A DNA stretch of 64,000 nt, taken from assembly GCA_965218795.1 (NCBI GenBank), contig OZ244653.1:2752001-2816000 (forward strand), read 5' to 3'. The DNA is from a bacterium (GTDB taxonomy: Bacteria; UBA8248; JACPRG01; G963555815). The notes beneath the pieces were generated by a model that saw only the letters and a list, made by a program, of their open reading frames with translations, ran no database searches and was not told the origin of the DNA. How positions within the stretch are numbered: position 1 is the stretch's first letter; each line of letters begins with the position of its first letter. The position numbers and the translations under genes were made by a program. Positions 1 through 10,125 of the stretch are shown here, piece by piece.

Positions 1-194
1 GCTCTGGAGGAGTCGACGTTCAGGATCTTCGCGTGGGCCATCGTGCTTCGATGGTACTTGCCGTACAGCATCCCCGGAAGGTTCAGGTCGGTCGCGAAGA
101 CGCCCCTGCCGGTCGCCTTCTGGGCTCCGTCCTCCCGCGGGATGCTCTTCCCAACCCAACTGAATCCGTCGACGTCCTCTTGCGGAGTGCTCAT
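1..194 (-). CDS. Xanthine dehydrogenase/CoxL-family molybdopterin-binding subunit, N-terminus (runs off left edge)
   Basis: Manual translation from ATG 194: MSTPQEDVDGFSWVGKSIPREDGAQKATGRGVFATDLNLPGMLYGKYHRSTMAHAKILNVD, the typical VGKSIPRxD..KATG..F..D..LPGMLY..RS..AHAKI start; GGAGG RBS upstream. Not in the ORF track. Confidence 0.85.
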   Translation of the reverse strand, partial: MSTPQEDVDGFSWVGKSIPREDGAQKATGRGVFATDLNLPGMLYGKYHRSTMAHAKILNVDSSR

Positions 195-298
195 GCTCCT
201 TCCTCCTCCGGAGATGCAGCGCCTTACCCTTGATCCATCAGGCCGACCCAAAGCCTTTCCGCCAGGTTGGACTCAGGGACCCGAAATTCCCTCCACCT

Positions 299-1708
299 TC
301 ACTGGAGATGGCCCGCCCCCACCCCGGAGGCCAGGTACTCCGCCAGGTCGATTCCTTCCCAGAGCTCCCGTTTGACGTCGCACCGCTCGGGAAAGCCGAC
401 GCCCAACGGTTTCGTGGCGTCGATACCCACCCGGGTGTTCAGCCCCCCATGCTCGGAACGGCTCCTCTCGGCATGGCCCGAGGGGTCGATGATGCTCACG
501 AATGTGCCCGGAATAAAAAAGAAATCCCTGTCCGGCTGGGTGCGGGTGCTGATGGCCCATAGCACCTCGCGGTCACTGAAAATGTCCACGTCTTCATCCA
601 CCGCCACGACGAGCTTCAAATAAGGGTCCGCGGCCAAGGCCGCCAGGGCGGCGTTTTTCCCCTGGCCCTCGTATTCCTTGTTCATCTGAACGTAGCCCAC
701 GAAACGACAGCCCCCGGATTCGGCGACAGCCACTCTGCGCAGGGTCGGGACCACCTCTTTGGTTCGGCGGTAGACGAATGATTCCCGTCCGAGCAGGCCC
801 AGGTAATTGTGGTCGAGATAGAGACTGTTCAGGTCGAGGAAGATGGCATCCTCCCGGTGGGTGATGGCAGTCACTTCCAGAACGGGGTTCTGCCCGACCG
901 GTCCGTAATGCCAGGAGAATTCACCGAATGGACCCTCGTCCTCCCGGACTCCCGCGAGAATCCGGCCCTCGATGACGATTTCGGCCCGGGCGGGCACCCC
1001 CAGGTCCACCGTCTCGGCTTTGGCCAGTTCCAGGGACTCCCCAAGAAGCCCGCCGATCACGGCGAATTCATCCATCTCCACGGGCCCCCGGGCTTGAGAG
1101 CCGTGACAAAAGGCGGGATGATGGCCCAAAGCCACGGCAAATTCCAGATCCTCCCCTCGACTCTCATGCACCCGCAGAATGTGCGCCAGGTGGGACTCGG
1201 GCCCCATGATGAGGCCCATCTTTTGCGGACCTTTGTACATCAGCCGGTAGATCCCGGCGTTATGGACTCCGGTCTTCGGATCCTTTGCGATACCCACTCC
1301 TGGCGTGATATAGGGTCCCGCATCCTTCTCGCCGTGGGTGACGATGGGGAGTTTGGACAGGTCCGCCTCCGGGGCGAGCCGCTTGACCTCCTTGACCGGC
1401 CCATCCTCCACCCATTTCGGCTCCAGGGGTCTGCCCTCCAATCGGATGTACTCATCCAGCATTTCATCGAGGGAGGTCTCCAGCGCGGCCGCCAATTTCG
1501 TCCTGGAAGCGAACAGGTTCGTCAGCACCGGCATCGAGAACCCCCCGGCATTCTCGAACAGGACGGCCGGGAATTTGTTTTCCGCCTGAAGCTTGCGAAC
1601 AACGGCTGAAATTTCCCAGCAAGGGTCTACGGACCGGCCAATGCTGACGATCTCTTCAGGATGATGGTGTCTCAGATATTCGAGAAACGTCCGCAGGTCC
1701 TTAGCCAT
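299..1708 (-). CDS. UbiD-family prFMN-dependent (de)carboxylase
   Basis: DLRTFLEYL start, DAGPYIT, NAGIYRL, AEIVIEG, EGPFGEF, VDEDVD, GIDATKP motifs. Confidence 0.93.
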   Translation of the reverse strand: MAKDLRTFLEYLRHHHPEEIVSIGRSVDPCWEISAVVRKLQAENKFPAVLFENAGGFSMPVLTNLFASRTKLAAALETSLDEMLDEYIRLEGRPLEPKWVEDGPVKEVKRLAPEADLSKLPIVTHGEKDAGPYITPGVGIAKDPKTGVHNAGIYRLMYKGPQKMGLIMGPESHLAHILRVHESRGEDLEFAVALGHHPAFCHGSQARGPVEMDEFAVIGGLLGESLELAKAETVDLGVPARAEIVIEGRILAGVREDEGPFGEFSWHYGPVGQNPVLEVTAITHREDAIFLDLNSLYLDHNYLGLLGRESFVYRRTKEVVPTLRRVAVAESGGCRFVGYVQMNKEYEGQGKNAALAALAADPYLKLVVAVDEDVDIFSDREVLWAISTRTQPDRDFFFIPGTFVSIIDPSGHAERSRSEHGGLNTRVGIDATKPLGVGFPERCDVKRELWEGIDLAEYLASGVGAGHLQ

Positions 1709-1896
1709 TCGCTCCCCCCCGTGGCTCCCGACTCCAAGCAGGGAACAGGACGACGGATTGCAGCCGATCTCTGTGAAAAATCCGGCCGAATATCGTCATG
1801 CCCGTCAACTTCGCCACTGGCACGGCTGTCGGGTTTTGCCAGCCCACCGTCGGGCGATCTAATCCACCCCCGAATTTTCGTTGACCATCCGGGGTT

Positions 1897-2451
1897 TCAG
1901 GATTCGGAAGGCTCCCACTTGCAAAGCCCGTTGGCCCCAACCCGGAAAAAGTGATTGAACTTGCTTCGGTAGTTCTCCAGGGAGATGGTGGCCGCCAGTT
2001 CCACCAACTCCTCGTCGGTGAACTCGGTCTGCAGCTTCCCGAAGAGGTCGTCGCTCACGTCCTTCTCCGCTATCGTCATGCCCTCGGCCGCCTCGAGAGC
2101 CAGTCGCTCTCGACGGCTGTAAAGAGGGCTCTCCCGCCACTGGTCCACCGAGAGGAACTTCTCCGCGTCTTCTCCGTTATTCATTCCACGGAATGAATTG
2201 GAGTCCACTCAGAACGGACAGCCGTTGATCTGCGCTATCCGGACGCACAGAAGGGTCCGCAGCCCCACCGAGAGCAGCCCCGATTCGTCAATGGCCCGGC
2301 CGAATGCCTGGTTGGCGAGAAAGATGGACGGTCTGTGACTGGAGATCAGGGAGGAGTTCAACACCTCCCCATACGTTTCCCTCTGCTCCTCGAAGACCTT
2401 TTGAATCTCCGGCGGAACGGACGATGGGTCTGCTTCTCGGATTCGAGGCAC
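1897..2451 (-). CDS. AhpD/carboxymuconolactone-decarboxylase-like selenoprotein (184 aa, U81 in CxxU)
   Basis: Track ORFs 2209..2451 and 1897..2208 abut in frame across TGA (2209-2211), giving AQINGCPF-U-VDSNS where the family has NGCxxC; hairpin follows. Confidence 0.88.
2172..2203 (-). promoter_or_regulatory. Candidate bacterial SECIS (AhpD-like gene)
   Basis: mRNA after UGA: GUGGA-CUCC-A-AUUCAUUC-CGUG-GAAUGAAU-AAC-GGAG; 8-bp perfect stem, loop starts 18 nt after UGA and contains GU. Confidence 0.75.
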
Positions 2452-2654
2452 TCTCTTTACTCCTTACTACGCGCTCACGGTGACTCCAAAGTTTCGTGGA
2501 AGCGGGTTTTGTCCCAAATCGAATTCGGTGACCGAACCTCGACAGTGGCCGGAGCAGGCGAAAGAAATCCTTGCGTCATCCATCCTTTACCCTGTCCAGG
2601 CAGGTTCTCAGGTCCTGCATGCCCGGACCTCTCTCTCGCATGTCATCGGATGGC

Positions 2655-3722
2655 CTACCAGACCTCCGCCAGCAGCTCGTCGGGGTCGCCGAACTTCGAG
2701 GCCGACTCCCGAATCTCCGGGTCATCGAGGATCAGAAGGCGGCCGTCGTCTATCAGGGTTTCGCCGCCGACGGTGAACGTGGGGTTGAGGCATCCGCCGT
2801 CCCAGTGAAGGAGGCTGTCGTGTTCGGGGATCCAGGCCCAGTTCCCGACCGCGGCGTGATATGTCCCGGACCGGCGAAAGAGGATGGTGTCGGGCGCGCG
2901 GACCTGGAGGGCGTCGGAGACCGGCGCCTTGGGGTGCACCCCGATGGCCACCTCGCAGAAGTACCGCCCCTTCTCGAAGCGGTCCATCAGGCTTTCGAGC
3001 CACTTCGCCTCCTCGCCCCCTTCGACGCGCGTCACCCAGTGGTCTTCGACTGTGAGGCGGACGGGTTCACGCAGGTAGCCCGCGAATCCCTCCATCTGAT
3101 CGAAGACGACCGTCCCGTTTACAGGAGATTCCGGATGCTCGGCCATGTCTCCGCTGGGGAAGAACATCCATCCCCGGGGAGGCTGGTCCTCCTTGAACCC
3201 CGAAGCGAACGGCAGCCGGCCCCGTAAGTCTGTGCCGTTCGGGGCGGTCAGGTGAAAGGCGTCATCCTTTCCGCTCTGGGCGCGCTCCGACGTCTTGCGG
3301 AAGAGGGTCCAGAGCAGTTCCGGTGGAAACGTGGCCCATGAGCTCGTGAGCAGGGCGGGCGTCGGACAAATCAGGGAGACACAGCGTTTGCCCGTTCGCT
3401 TGAGGAAATGGCCGAAGTGGAGGTTGTCGACAATGGCCGCGTTCTCGAGCGCCTGGGCCGTAATCAGGACATCGGCCGATTCCATGGCCGTAAAAACCAG
3501 GGGTGAGATCGATTCCCCCAAACGATTTTCGTTTGCGTGGGAAGAGAGGATGTGGGTCTCCGCGCCCGCCTCCTCACATGCGAGAGCGATGGCCTGCACG
3601 ACGAGGGGGTCCACTTGGCCCGCGCGGTCCAGCCAGAGAAGGACTTTTTGGCCTTTTTCAATGAAGGCGTAGCCCTGGACACAGTTTCGTGCGCCCGGCA
3701 TCAAATCCATCAACTCATACAT
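2655..3722 (-). CDS. M29/AmpS (leucyl aminopeptidase)-like protein; superfamily also contains NicX-type dioxygenases
   Basis: Probable start MYELMDL; T.PNGTDL, PSGD...P, NGTVVFD, VTRVEGGEEA, EVAIGVHP, HWDG motifs. Confidence 0.65.
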   Translation of the reverse strand: MYELMDLMPGARNCVQGYAFIEKGQKVLLWLDRAGQVDPLVVQAIALACEEAGAETHILSSHANENRLGESISPLVFTAMESADVLITAQALENAAIVDNLHFGHFLKRTGKRCVSLICPTPALLTSSWATFPPELLWTLFRKTSERAQSGKDDAFHLTAPNGTDLRGRLPFASGFKEDQPPRGWMFFPSGDMAEHPESPVNGTVVFDQMEGFAGYLREPVRLTVEDHWVTRVEGGEEAKWLESLMDRFEKGRYFCEVAIGVHPKAPVSDALQVRAPDTILFRRSGTYHAAVGNWAWIPEHDSLLHWDGGCLNPTFTVGGETLIDDGRLLILDDPEIRESASKFGDPDELLAEVW

Positions 3723-3843
3723 GGAAAGGATCCTCCTCACCGTTCCGAAGAAGGCCTGGCTCCATTCGGGTGGAAATGCCGGCCGCTCCCCGGGGGTACC
3801 GAATCGATCAATGGATGGACCGATGCCGGGAGCCGTGAGGCTT

Positions 3844-4614
3844 TCACCCGATAACGCCCCCCGGGTGGCGCTTGAAGACCTCCCAATCATGCCCCGGCAG
3901 AACGATACCTCCGCGTTGGCGGACCCACTGGATCGCCCGAAGGGCTTCCACCAGGTCGTAATTGTTCGTCGGCCAGTCTTTTTCCAGACTCTCGTAGGAG
4001 ATCGCCGCATCGCTGGCAAGGACGACTTCGCCTTCGGAGGTCTCGACGGTCACAGCAGTCAGGTCCGGACTGTGCCCGCCCAGGCGATAGCAGCGGACCC
4101 CCGAAACGATCTCCTCCCCGTCTTCCACGAGGCGAAAGCGCCGGCCGAGCTCGTTTCTCAGGATCTCCAGGATCTCCGGCGGATACGCACCCGGAGAGGC
4201 CAGCCTCGGATGCGCGGGGTTGGAGACTGCCTCCCAGGCGGTTCGCGCCATCACCAACTCGGGCCTGGGGTAATTCGGCAGGTTCAGGCTGTGGTCCACG
4301 TGAAGATGCGTAAAGATGATGAGATCGACCCTGTCGGGGGTAATCCCGAGCGACTCGAGCTGGCTGGCGGGCTCGTTCTCCGGAAGAATTGTCCAGCCGC
4401 AACCTTCCTGGAGCCAGTCGGGAGCGCGTCTTGTTTGTTCTTCAGCGTGGCTCGCGTTCGCGCCGACGTCGACGAGGATGGTCTTGCCCTCGCCCTGGAG
4501 AACCCAGAGACAGAGAGGGATTTCTATCATCTCGCCGAAGCGCCCAGCGTTGAACAGAAAGGGGCCGGGGAGGCGTGACTCACCGTAATGGATGACTCGC
4601 ACTTGATAGGTCAT
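3844..4614 (-). CDS. N-acyl-homoserine-lactonase-family metallo-beta-lactamase-fold hydrolase
   Basis: Start MTYQVRVIHYG; ILVDVG, THLHVDH (HxHxDH), GGHSP, LASDA, PGHD. Confidence 0.88.
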   Translation of the reverse strand: MTYQVRVIHYGESRLPGPFLFNAGRFGEMIEIPLCLWVLQGEGKTILVDVGANASHAEEQTRRAPDWLQEGCGWTILPENEPASQLESLGITPDRVDLIIFTHLHVDHSLNLPNYPRPELVMARTAWEAVSNPAHPRLASPGAYPPEILEILRNELGRRFRLVEDGEEIVSGVRCYRLGGHSPDLTAVTVETSEGEVVLASDAAISYESLEKDWPTNNYDLVEALRAIQWVRQRGGIVLPGHDWEVFKRHPGGVIG

Positions 4615-5013
4615 GGCAAGCGTCACCCGAGCGTTAGGTGATGTGGACTCGAATTTTTCGAGGCTAGCCCAGCCCTCCTCCGGCGTCAAGGGAAGAATGA
4701 TCTCGGCGATTCCCGGATTTGGGGTCAGCGCTCTGGGGCGGGCGGGGCCTGCACTGCTTTCACCGGGCATGAGGGCAAATGATTTTCGATTTCTCCTGAC
4801 AGCCCGGCTGCGGGGGCGCGTTGCCCCCGAGAAGCGCCCCCCGGAAAATCCCCTTTGATCCGGCGCCGCGAAATCGCAGAGGCGCGTTGCCTGCAATGAA
4901 AGCCCCTCCGGGATCGACCCAGCGGGCGCTTTGCATTCTGTCCTTCGCTTGACACCCGCTCGCAGGCGGCGGAAGTAGGGGAGGTTTTCCTTTCGGCTTG
5001 GAGGCCGTTTCCT

Positions 5014-6618
5014 TTGTCTCCTTCTCTATCGAATCTCCCCCCGATGGGGGGATTCACCGCGTTCCTCGCGGCCCTTCCAATCCTCACGCTGCTCGTCCTC
5101 ATGATCGGCTTTCGCTGGGGGGCCGCGAAGGCCGGGACCGTCGGATTGATCGCGGCTTTGCTGACGGGCTCTCTTTATTTCGGGGCCGGCCCTTCCGCCC
5201 TGCTTACTGCTCTGGGGCGCGGGGGCCTGCTGAGCCTGAAGGTTCTTTACATTATCTGGCCGGCGCTTTTGCTCTATCAGGTGGCGCAGGCCCCCGGCGC
5301 GATCCGGAACCTCGGATGGGCCGTCGCGTCAATGACCCGAAACCATATCCTTCAGCTTCTCATCCTGGCCTTTGCCTTCACGACCTTTCTCCAGGGGGTG
5401 GCGGGCTTCGGGGTGCCGGTCGCCGTGGTCACGCCTCTGCTGATCGGGATGGGATACCCGCCGATTCAGGCCGCAGCGGCTTCGCTCGTCGGCCATGCCT
5501 GGTCCGTCTCGATGGGCGACATGGCGTCTTCCTTCCAGGCCCTGCGGGCGGTCACCGACCTCCCGGCCCACTCGCTGGGTATCTGGATCGCCACCCTTTT
5601 GGGCGGAGCGGGGATCCTGACCGCCTTCTCGGTGTCTCACGTTCATGCCGGCTTCAGTGCCGTCTGGAGGTGGCCCGGGCCGCCGCTGATCCTCGGGGTC
5701 GCGACCATCGGGACGCAGTGGGTGCTGGCCTACTTCGACCTTTGGATCATAGCGACCTTCGGCGGCGGGATGGCGGGGTTGGCGGTCGGTCTTTTGTTAT
5801 CGCGGATTCCCCGCTATCAAGGACCTTCACGGGCCCCGAGTCTCGGTCCGAAGCTGGAGGAGGAGCGTGTCCGCGCCGCCCCTTTGCCCCCTGAAGAGGA
5901 GCGCATGAGCTTCTCCCTGGCGTTCGCGCCGTATTTCGCTCTCGTCGGGGTGGTCCTCCTGGCCACGGTTGTTCCACCCATCCATCATGCCCTCGAGGGC
6001 GTGCAACTGGAGCTCTCCCTGCCCGGCACGCAAACGGTTTACGGATGGAAGACGCCCGATTCCACTTGGTCGCTGAGCCTGTTCGGCCATCCGGGGGCTT
6101 TCCTGTTGTACGCCGCCGCCATCGGTTATCTCGTCTTCCGGCTTCGGGGGGCCTGGCCCAGGGACGCCGGTTTATGGGGACACACCGGCCGGGAGGGCTG
6201 GCCCGCCTCGATCGGTATCGTGACCATGACCTGTATGGCAACGATCATGACGGCGTCGGGAATGACGATGGTTCTGGCAAAGACCCTGTTCCGGGTTGCG
6301 GGCCAGCAGTATCCTTTCCTCTCTCCGTTCGTCGGCCTGCTCGGCTGCATCATAACGGGGAGCAATACGAATTCCAACATCCTGTTCGGAGCCCTGCAAA
6401 CGGATATCGCGCGGCTTTTGGATACGTACCCCGTCCTCCTCGGGGCGGTACAGAGCGCAGGGGGAGCCCTCGGGAGCATGGTGGCCCCCGCCAAGGTCCT
6501 GTTGGCCTGCGCCACGGCGGGATTGGCCGGTCAGGAAGGCCGGGTGATCGGCCGGACGCTGGGTTATTGTCTTCTCATGACGGCGCTGGTCGGACTCGTT
6601 GCGTGGTGGGTTTCGTAG
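5014..6618 (+). CDS. L-lactate/glycolate permease (LctP family)
   Basis: Polytopic membrane protein with FLQGVAGFGVPVAV, ITGSNTNSNILFG and GSMVAP motifs. Confidence 0.88.
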   Translation: MSPSLSNLPPMGGFTAFLAALPILTLLVLMIGFRWGAAKAGTVGLIAALLTGSLYFGAGPSALLTALGRGGLLSLKVLYIIWPALLLYQVAQAPGAIRNLGWAVASMTRNHILQLLILAFAFTTFLQGVAGFGVPVAVVTPLLIGMGYPPIQAAAASLVGHAWSVSMGDMASSFQALRAVTDLPAHSLGIWIATLLGGAGILTAFSVSHVHAGFSAVWRWPGPPLILGVATIGTQWVLAYFDLWIIATFGGGMAGLAVGLLLSRIPRYQGPSRAPSLGPKLEEERVRAAPLPPEEERMSFSLAFAPYFALVGVVLLATVVPPIHHALEGVQLELSLPGTQTVYGWKTPDSTWSLSLFGHPGAFLLYAAAIGYLVFRLRGAWPRDAGLWGHTGREGWPASIGIVTMTCMATIMTASGMTMVLAKTLFRVAGQQYPFLSPFVGLLGCIITGSNTNSNILFGALQTDIARLLDTYPVLLGAVQSAGGALGSMVAPAKVLLACATAGLAGQEGRVIGRTLGYCLLMTALVGLVAWWVS

Positions 6619-6746
6619 TTCGGGAAGGTGGGAGGAATCGTCGTCTTCGCGCCAATGATGGACGATGGGCCGGTGACTCGCAGGACGGAACTCGACTCAT
6701 CCGTATGAATCGATCTGAATCGGAATCATCGCGGAGGATGATGGAC

Positions 6747-7240
6747 ATGGCCGGAAACGAATTGGAGAATCTGAAGACGGGTCTGCCGCTCGACGCCGCC
6801 GGGAAGATTGTGGATGCCGCGCTGGCGGCGGGGCGAGCCGCGGGGATGCTGCCGCTGACGGTGGCCGTACTGGATGCTGGGGGGCACCTCGTTTCCTTCA
6901 AGCGGGAGGACGGCTCCGGCATCCTGCGGCCGGACATCGCCGTCGGCAAGGCGTGGGGCGCGTTGGGGATGGGGATGTCCACCCGGACGATCCGCGCGAC
7001 CGGCTGAAAGAACGAACCGCGTTTCAGGACGCCCTGGCTGCGGCCTCGGGGGGCCGCTTCGTCCCGGTTCCCGGCGGCGTTCTGATTCTGGATGCTTCGA
7101 ACGACGTGGTGGGCGCGGTGGGGATCAGCGGCGATTCGTCCGACAGGGACGAGTACTGCGCCATCGAGGGGATCCGCGCGGCCGGATACATTTCTTCCCC
7201 GGATGAGCCTTCGGCGGACTGGAAGGGATCGGGATTATGA
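6747..7240 (+). pseudogene. GlcG/HbpS-family heme-binding protein, frameshifted
   Basis: TVAVLDAGGHL..REDG...IAVGKAWGA in one frame and VPVPGGVLI..VGAVGISGDSSDRDE in another; an apparent extra GC in atccgcgcgacc at about 6990-7001. Confidence 0.8.
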
Positions 7241-8080
7241 GGGGGGCGGCGGGAGTGGACCGATGGGCCATTCCATCACCGCGACTCCGGTCAGCCAAAT
7301 GGGCTCCGGCTCATACAGCCAGGTCTGGCCCCGCGTGTTCCCGGCGAGGGTCGCGGCCGAGATCCAGTTGCGGATCTCGTTGGCGCCGTTTCCGCCGGCG
7401 TCAATCCGGTCCTGACTCCAACCGGCCAGCGCTTCGACCTTTCCCTCCTCCAGCAGGCCGAGGACGGCCCGGTCCCACTCCTGGTCAATCGTTCCCATCT
7501 CCGGCGTGCCGATCCAGTGAGACATGGCCCCGGTGGCCAGCACGCCCACCCGGTCCGTCTCGTCATAGGCTTCGAGCGCCCGCCTGACGGCCCGGCCCAA
7601 ATCGATGGCGCGCCCCGGCGGCGCCAGAGGCGCCGCGACGGTGTTCTGCAGAATCGGGACGAGGGGGATACCGAGCTCCCCCATCCTGTGGATGGGGGTG
7701 ATCACGGTATGGTCGATCACCGGATCGCGGCACAGGTGGGGATCGAATCCGGCATCCAGCAGATACTCGGTCAGATAGAAGCCCAGGGCCGCGTCGCCCT
7801 TTCGCCCGCCTTCCACGTCCGGCATCCGGCCCTCGCTGGCCACATTCCGAAAGACCGGGGCGGCTTGAACGGCCAGCGCCGGGAACTGATCGGGCGGAAA
7901 GACCTGGATGTGATCGTTGCCGAAAACGACCAGCACATCGACCTTGCGGTCGAGGAGGGTCTGCCCCATCCGCTCATAGACCGGAAAAACCCGGACCTGG
8001 ACCTCCGGCGGGGCGTCCGTCGCTTTCGTGACGAGGAGGGGGCTATGGCTGGCTCCGAATGCGGCGACGATATCAGCCAT
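7235..8080 (-). CDS. Extradiol ring-cleavage dioxygenase, LigB-type catalytic subunit
   Basis: ASHSP, GNDH, IDHT, ATGAMSHWIG, GANEIRNWI motifs. Confidence 0.9.
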   Translation of the reverse strand: MADIVAAFGASHSPLLVTKATDAPPEVQVRVFPVYERMGQTLLDRKVDVLVVFGNDHIQVFPPDQFPALAVQAAPVFRNVASEGRMPDVEGGRKGDAALGFYLTEYLLDAGFDPHLCRDPVIDHTVITPIHRMGELGIPLVPILQNTVAAPLAPPGRAIDLGRAVRRALEAYDETDRVGVLATGAMSHWIGTPEMGTIDQEWDRAVLGLLEEGKVEALAGWSQDRIDAGGNGANEIRNWISAATLAGNTRGQTWLYEPEPIWLTGVAVMEWPIGPLPPPPS

Positions 8081-8360
8081 CCCGGTTCGCCTCGAGAATG
8101 GAGCCGGGGAAAGAGAGGCCCGCCAGCGCCTCCAGAAAGGCTTCGTCGGAAATGTCGTTCCAGTACTGGGAAAACCGAAGGAGATACGGGTTCACGCCCA
8201 ACAGCCACAAGGCGCGGATGTCCGCTTTCTTGAGCGCCGCAATTTCTTCTTCTGTGAGGTCATATTCGCCGAGATACGCTTCGGGGTCGGCGCGATACCG
8301 GTCCCGCAGCCGGGGAAACTGAAGGTCGTAGACGATCCGGTTCAAGGCGGTCAGGGACAT
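8073..8360 (-). CDS. LigA-type small subunit of extradiol dioxygenase
   Basis: RYRADPEAYLGEYDLTEEEIAAL...GVNPYLL; overlaps the LigB start. Confidence 0.8.
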   Translation of the reverse strand: MSLTALNRIVYDLQFPRLRDRYRADPEAYLGEYDLTEEEIAALKKADIRALWLLGVNPYLLRFSQYWNDISDEAFLEALAGLSFPGSILEANRDG

Positions 8361-8551
8361 GGTCCATCCGCAAGGCGATTGAGATTCTTTCCTTTGCAGG
8401 GGTTGCATGGAGAATTCGGCCCGCGCCGGCCGCCGAATTCTCCTAATGCCATCCTACCACATTCCACCCGAGCCGCATCGAACGCCGGACGGAACGGAAG
8501 AGCGCCTTCGGCCGCCGCCGGCATCGAGCATGGCCGATGCACGCCCCTTGC

Positions 8552-8753
8552 TCTCCCTCCCCCCTGGAGGGGGAGGGTTTTTCGGGGGGCGTCTGTCTCA
8601 TCACCGACACGCCCACTGGCCTGCACTATGTTGGCTCGGCCTATGACGATTCAGGGGTCTTTTTCATGGGTGATTTTCGTGCCACTTCCCCCGGATTTTC
8701 CGGCCCATCCGCAACTGTTTTCGCTCGGCTGCACTGTGAATTCACGATCGAAA
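8552..8753. repeat. Dispersed repeat: CCCTCCCCCTGGAGGGGGAGGG-type palindrome plus GIY-YIG-nuclease-like fragment
   Basis: 8579-8660 is closely similar to 56680-56760 and reads GVCLITDTPTGLHYVGSAY; the tail resembles 57120-57160 and 63360-63420. Confidence 0.65.
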
Positions 8754-9002
8754 CGGACTGCTCCCCCTCCGGGCCCGGAAGCCTCTGTTCCATAGAGCCC
8801 TTTTCATAGGCGGTTCCGGTACCCGGACCCGGGTCGTGGAGTCCGTCTTGACGCCGGATGTCGAACCGCTTGGGTTGCGTTATAATCCAGAGTCGGTTTC
8901 CTGTCCGGGTTGATCGGTGTGAATCCCAACAGTCTCGGATCACGGAGTCCGAATTCGGACCGTGATGGTTCGGTCGATTTCGTTTGTTTCAGGGGGGAGC
9001 GC

Positions 9003-9209
9003 GTGAATCGCACAACGGAGCAGTTGGCCGGGGAGATTCTGGCCTTTCTGGAAGAGGGCCCGGCGCATTTTGAGGACATCCTGAATCGGTTTCAGGATGT
9101 GAAATATCGGGACATGTTGCGCGCCTGGGGAATCCTTCGAAGAGACGACCGGCTCGGCAGGGAGGTTGAGACGGGAAAGTATGTGCCGAAGGCGATGAAA
9201 TCCCAATAA
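9003..9209 (+). CDS. Small hypothetical protein (68 aa), possible winged helix
   Basis: GGGGGAG RBS before GTG 9003; TATAAT at 8881-8886; EILAFLEEGPAHFEDILNRF pattern; first gene of the SDR run. Confidence 0.6.
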   Translation: MNRTTEQLAGEILAFLEEGPAHFEDILNRFQDVKYRDMLRAWGILRRDDRLGREVETGKYVPKAMKSQ

Positions 9210-9290
9210 ATTTTTCGGGCCGATTTTCCTCGCCCCGTACTAGCCGTCCCGTGGGAAACGAGAGAGTCATCGAGAAGGCAGGAGGGAAAG

Positions 9291-10052
9291 GTGCTGCTCG
9301 AAAACAAAGTCATTGTCATCACCGGTTCCGCCAGGGGCATTGGCAAAGTGCTCGCCAGGGGAGTCGCCGCGCAAGGGGCCAAGGTCGTGGTGTCGGATGT
9401 CCTCGACGGCGAATCGGCTGCCGAGGAGATTCGAAATGCCGGGGGAGACGCAATGTTCGTCGGGGCGGATGTTTCCAACCGCCGGGAAACCGAGGCCCTT
9501 GCGAAGGCGACCCGCGACGCGTACGGCCGGATCGACGGATTGGTCAACAACGCCGCTGTTCATTCGGAGCTGAAATACATTCCCTTCGATCGGATTGAAG
9601 AGGAGGAATGGGACAGGGTCTTCGCCGTCAACGTCAAGGGCGCCTGGCTGATGACGAGGGCCGTCTATCCATTCATGAAGGAGCAGGGCGCCGGAAAGAT
9701 TGTGAACATCGGCTCGGGCACGCCGTTTAAGGGGATGCCCAAGATGTACCACTACGTCGTATCGAAAGGCGCGGTCATGACGTTGACCCGCGTCATGGCC
9801 CGGACGCTGGGTCAGGACGGCATCTGCGTGAACTGTGTCTCGCCGAGCCTGACGCGAAGCGACAGCGTAGTGGCCTTCCGCGGAGAAGAACGGATGCGGG
9901 AAGAGGAGGCGGCGCTCATCCCGACCCGTGCGATTCCACGCAGCGAGGTTCCCGAAGATCTGATCGGCGCCGTGGTCTTCTTTCTGTCCGACGGCGCCAG
10001 CTTCATCACCGGTCAGAACCTTCCGGTCAACGGCGGGGACCATATGCTCTGA
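9291..10052 (+). CDS. Classical SDR oxidoreductase (copy 1)
   Basis: TGSARGIG, NNAA, YVVSK, ITGQ. Confidence 0.95.
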   Translation: MLLENKVIVITGSARGIGKVLARGVAAQGAKVVVSDVLDGESAAEEIRNAGGDAMFVGADVSNRRETEALAKATRDAYGRIDGLVNNAAVHSELKYIPFDRIEEEEWDRVFAVNVKGAWLMTRAVYPFMKEQGAGKIVNIGSGTPFKGMPKMYHYVVSKGAVMTLTRVMARTLGQDGICVNCVSPSLTRSDSVVAFRGEERMREEEAALIPTRAIPRSEVPEDLIGAVVFFLSDGASFITGQNLPVNGGDHML

Positions 10053-10125
10053 TGCGCTGTTGCCGCAAGGGCGAGGTTCCGTGACCCTGCGCCCTCCCGC
10101 GAAGTCGGTATGAAGAGAGGATCCC

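Noticed and set aside
4955-5000. CGGAAGTAGG resembling the glnA glutamine riboswitch core
   Set aside because: The flanking CGTTC/GAAGGAACG elements are missing
7005-7007. TGA ending the 5' half of glcG
   Set aside because: The downstream half is out of frame and no Cys is expected here; a 2-nt insertion explains it
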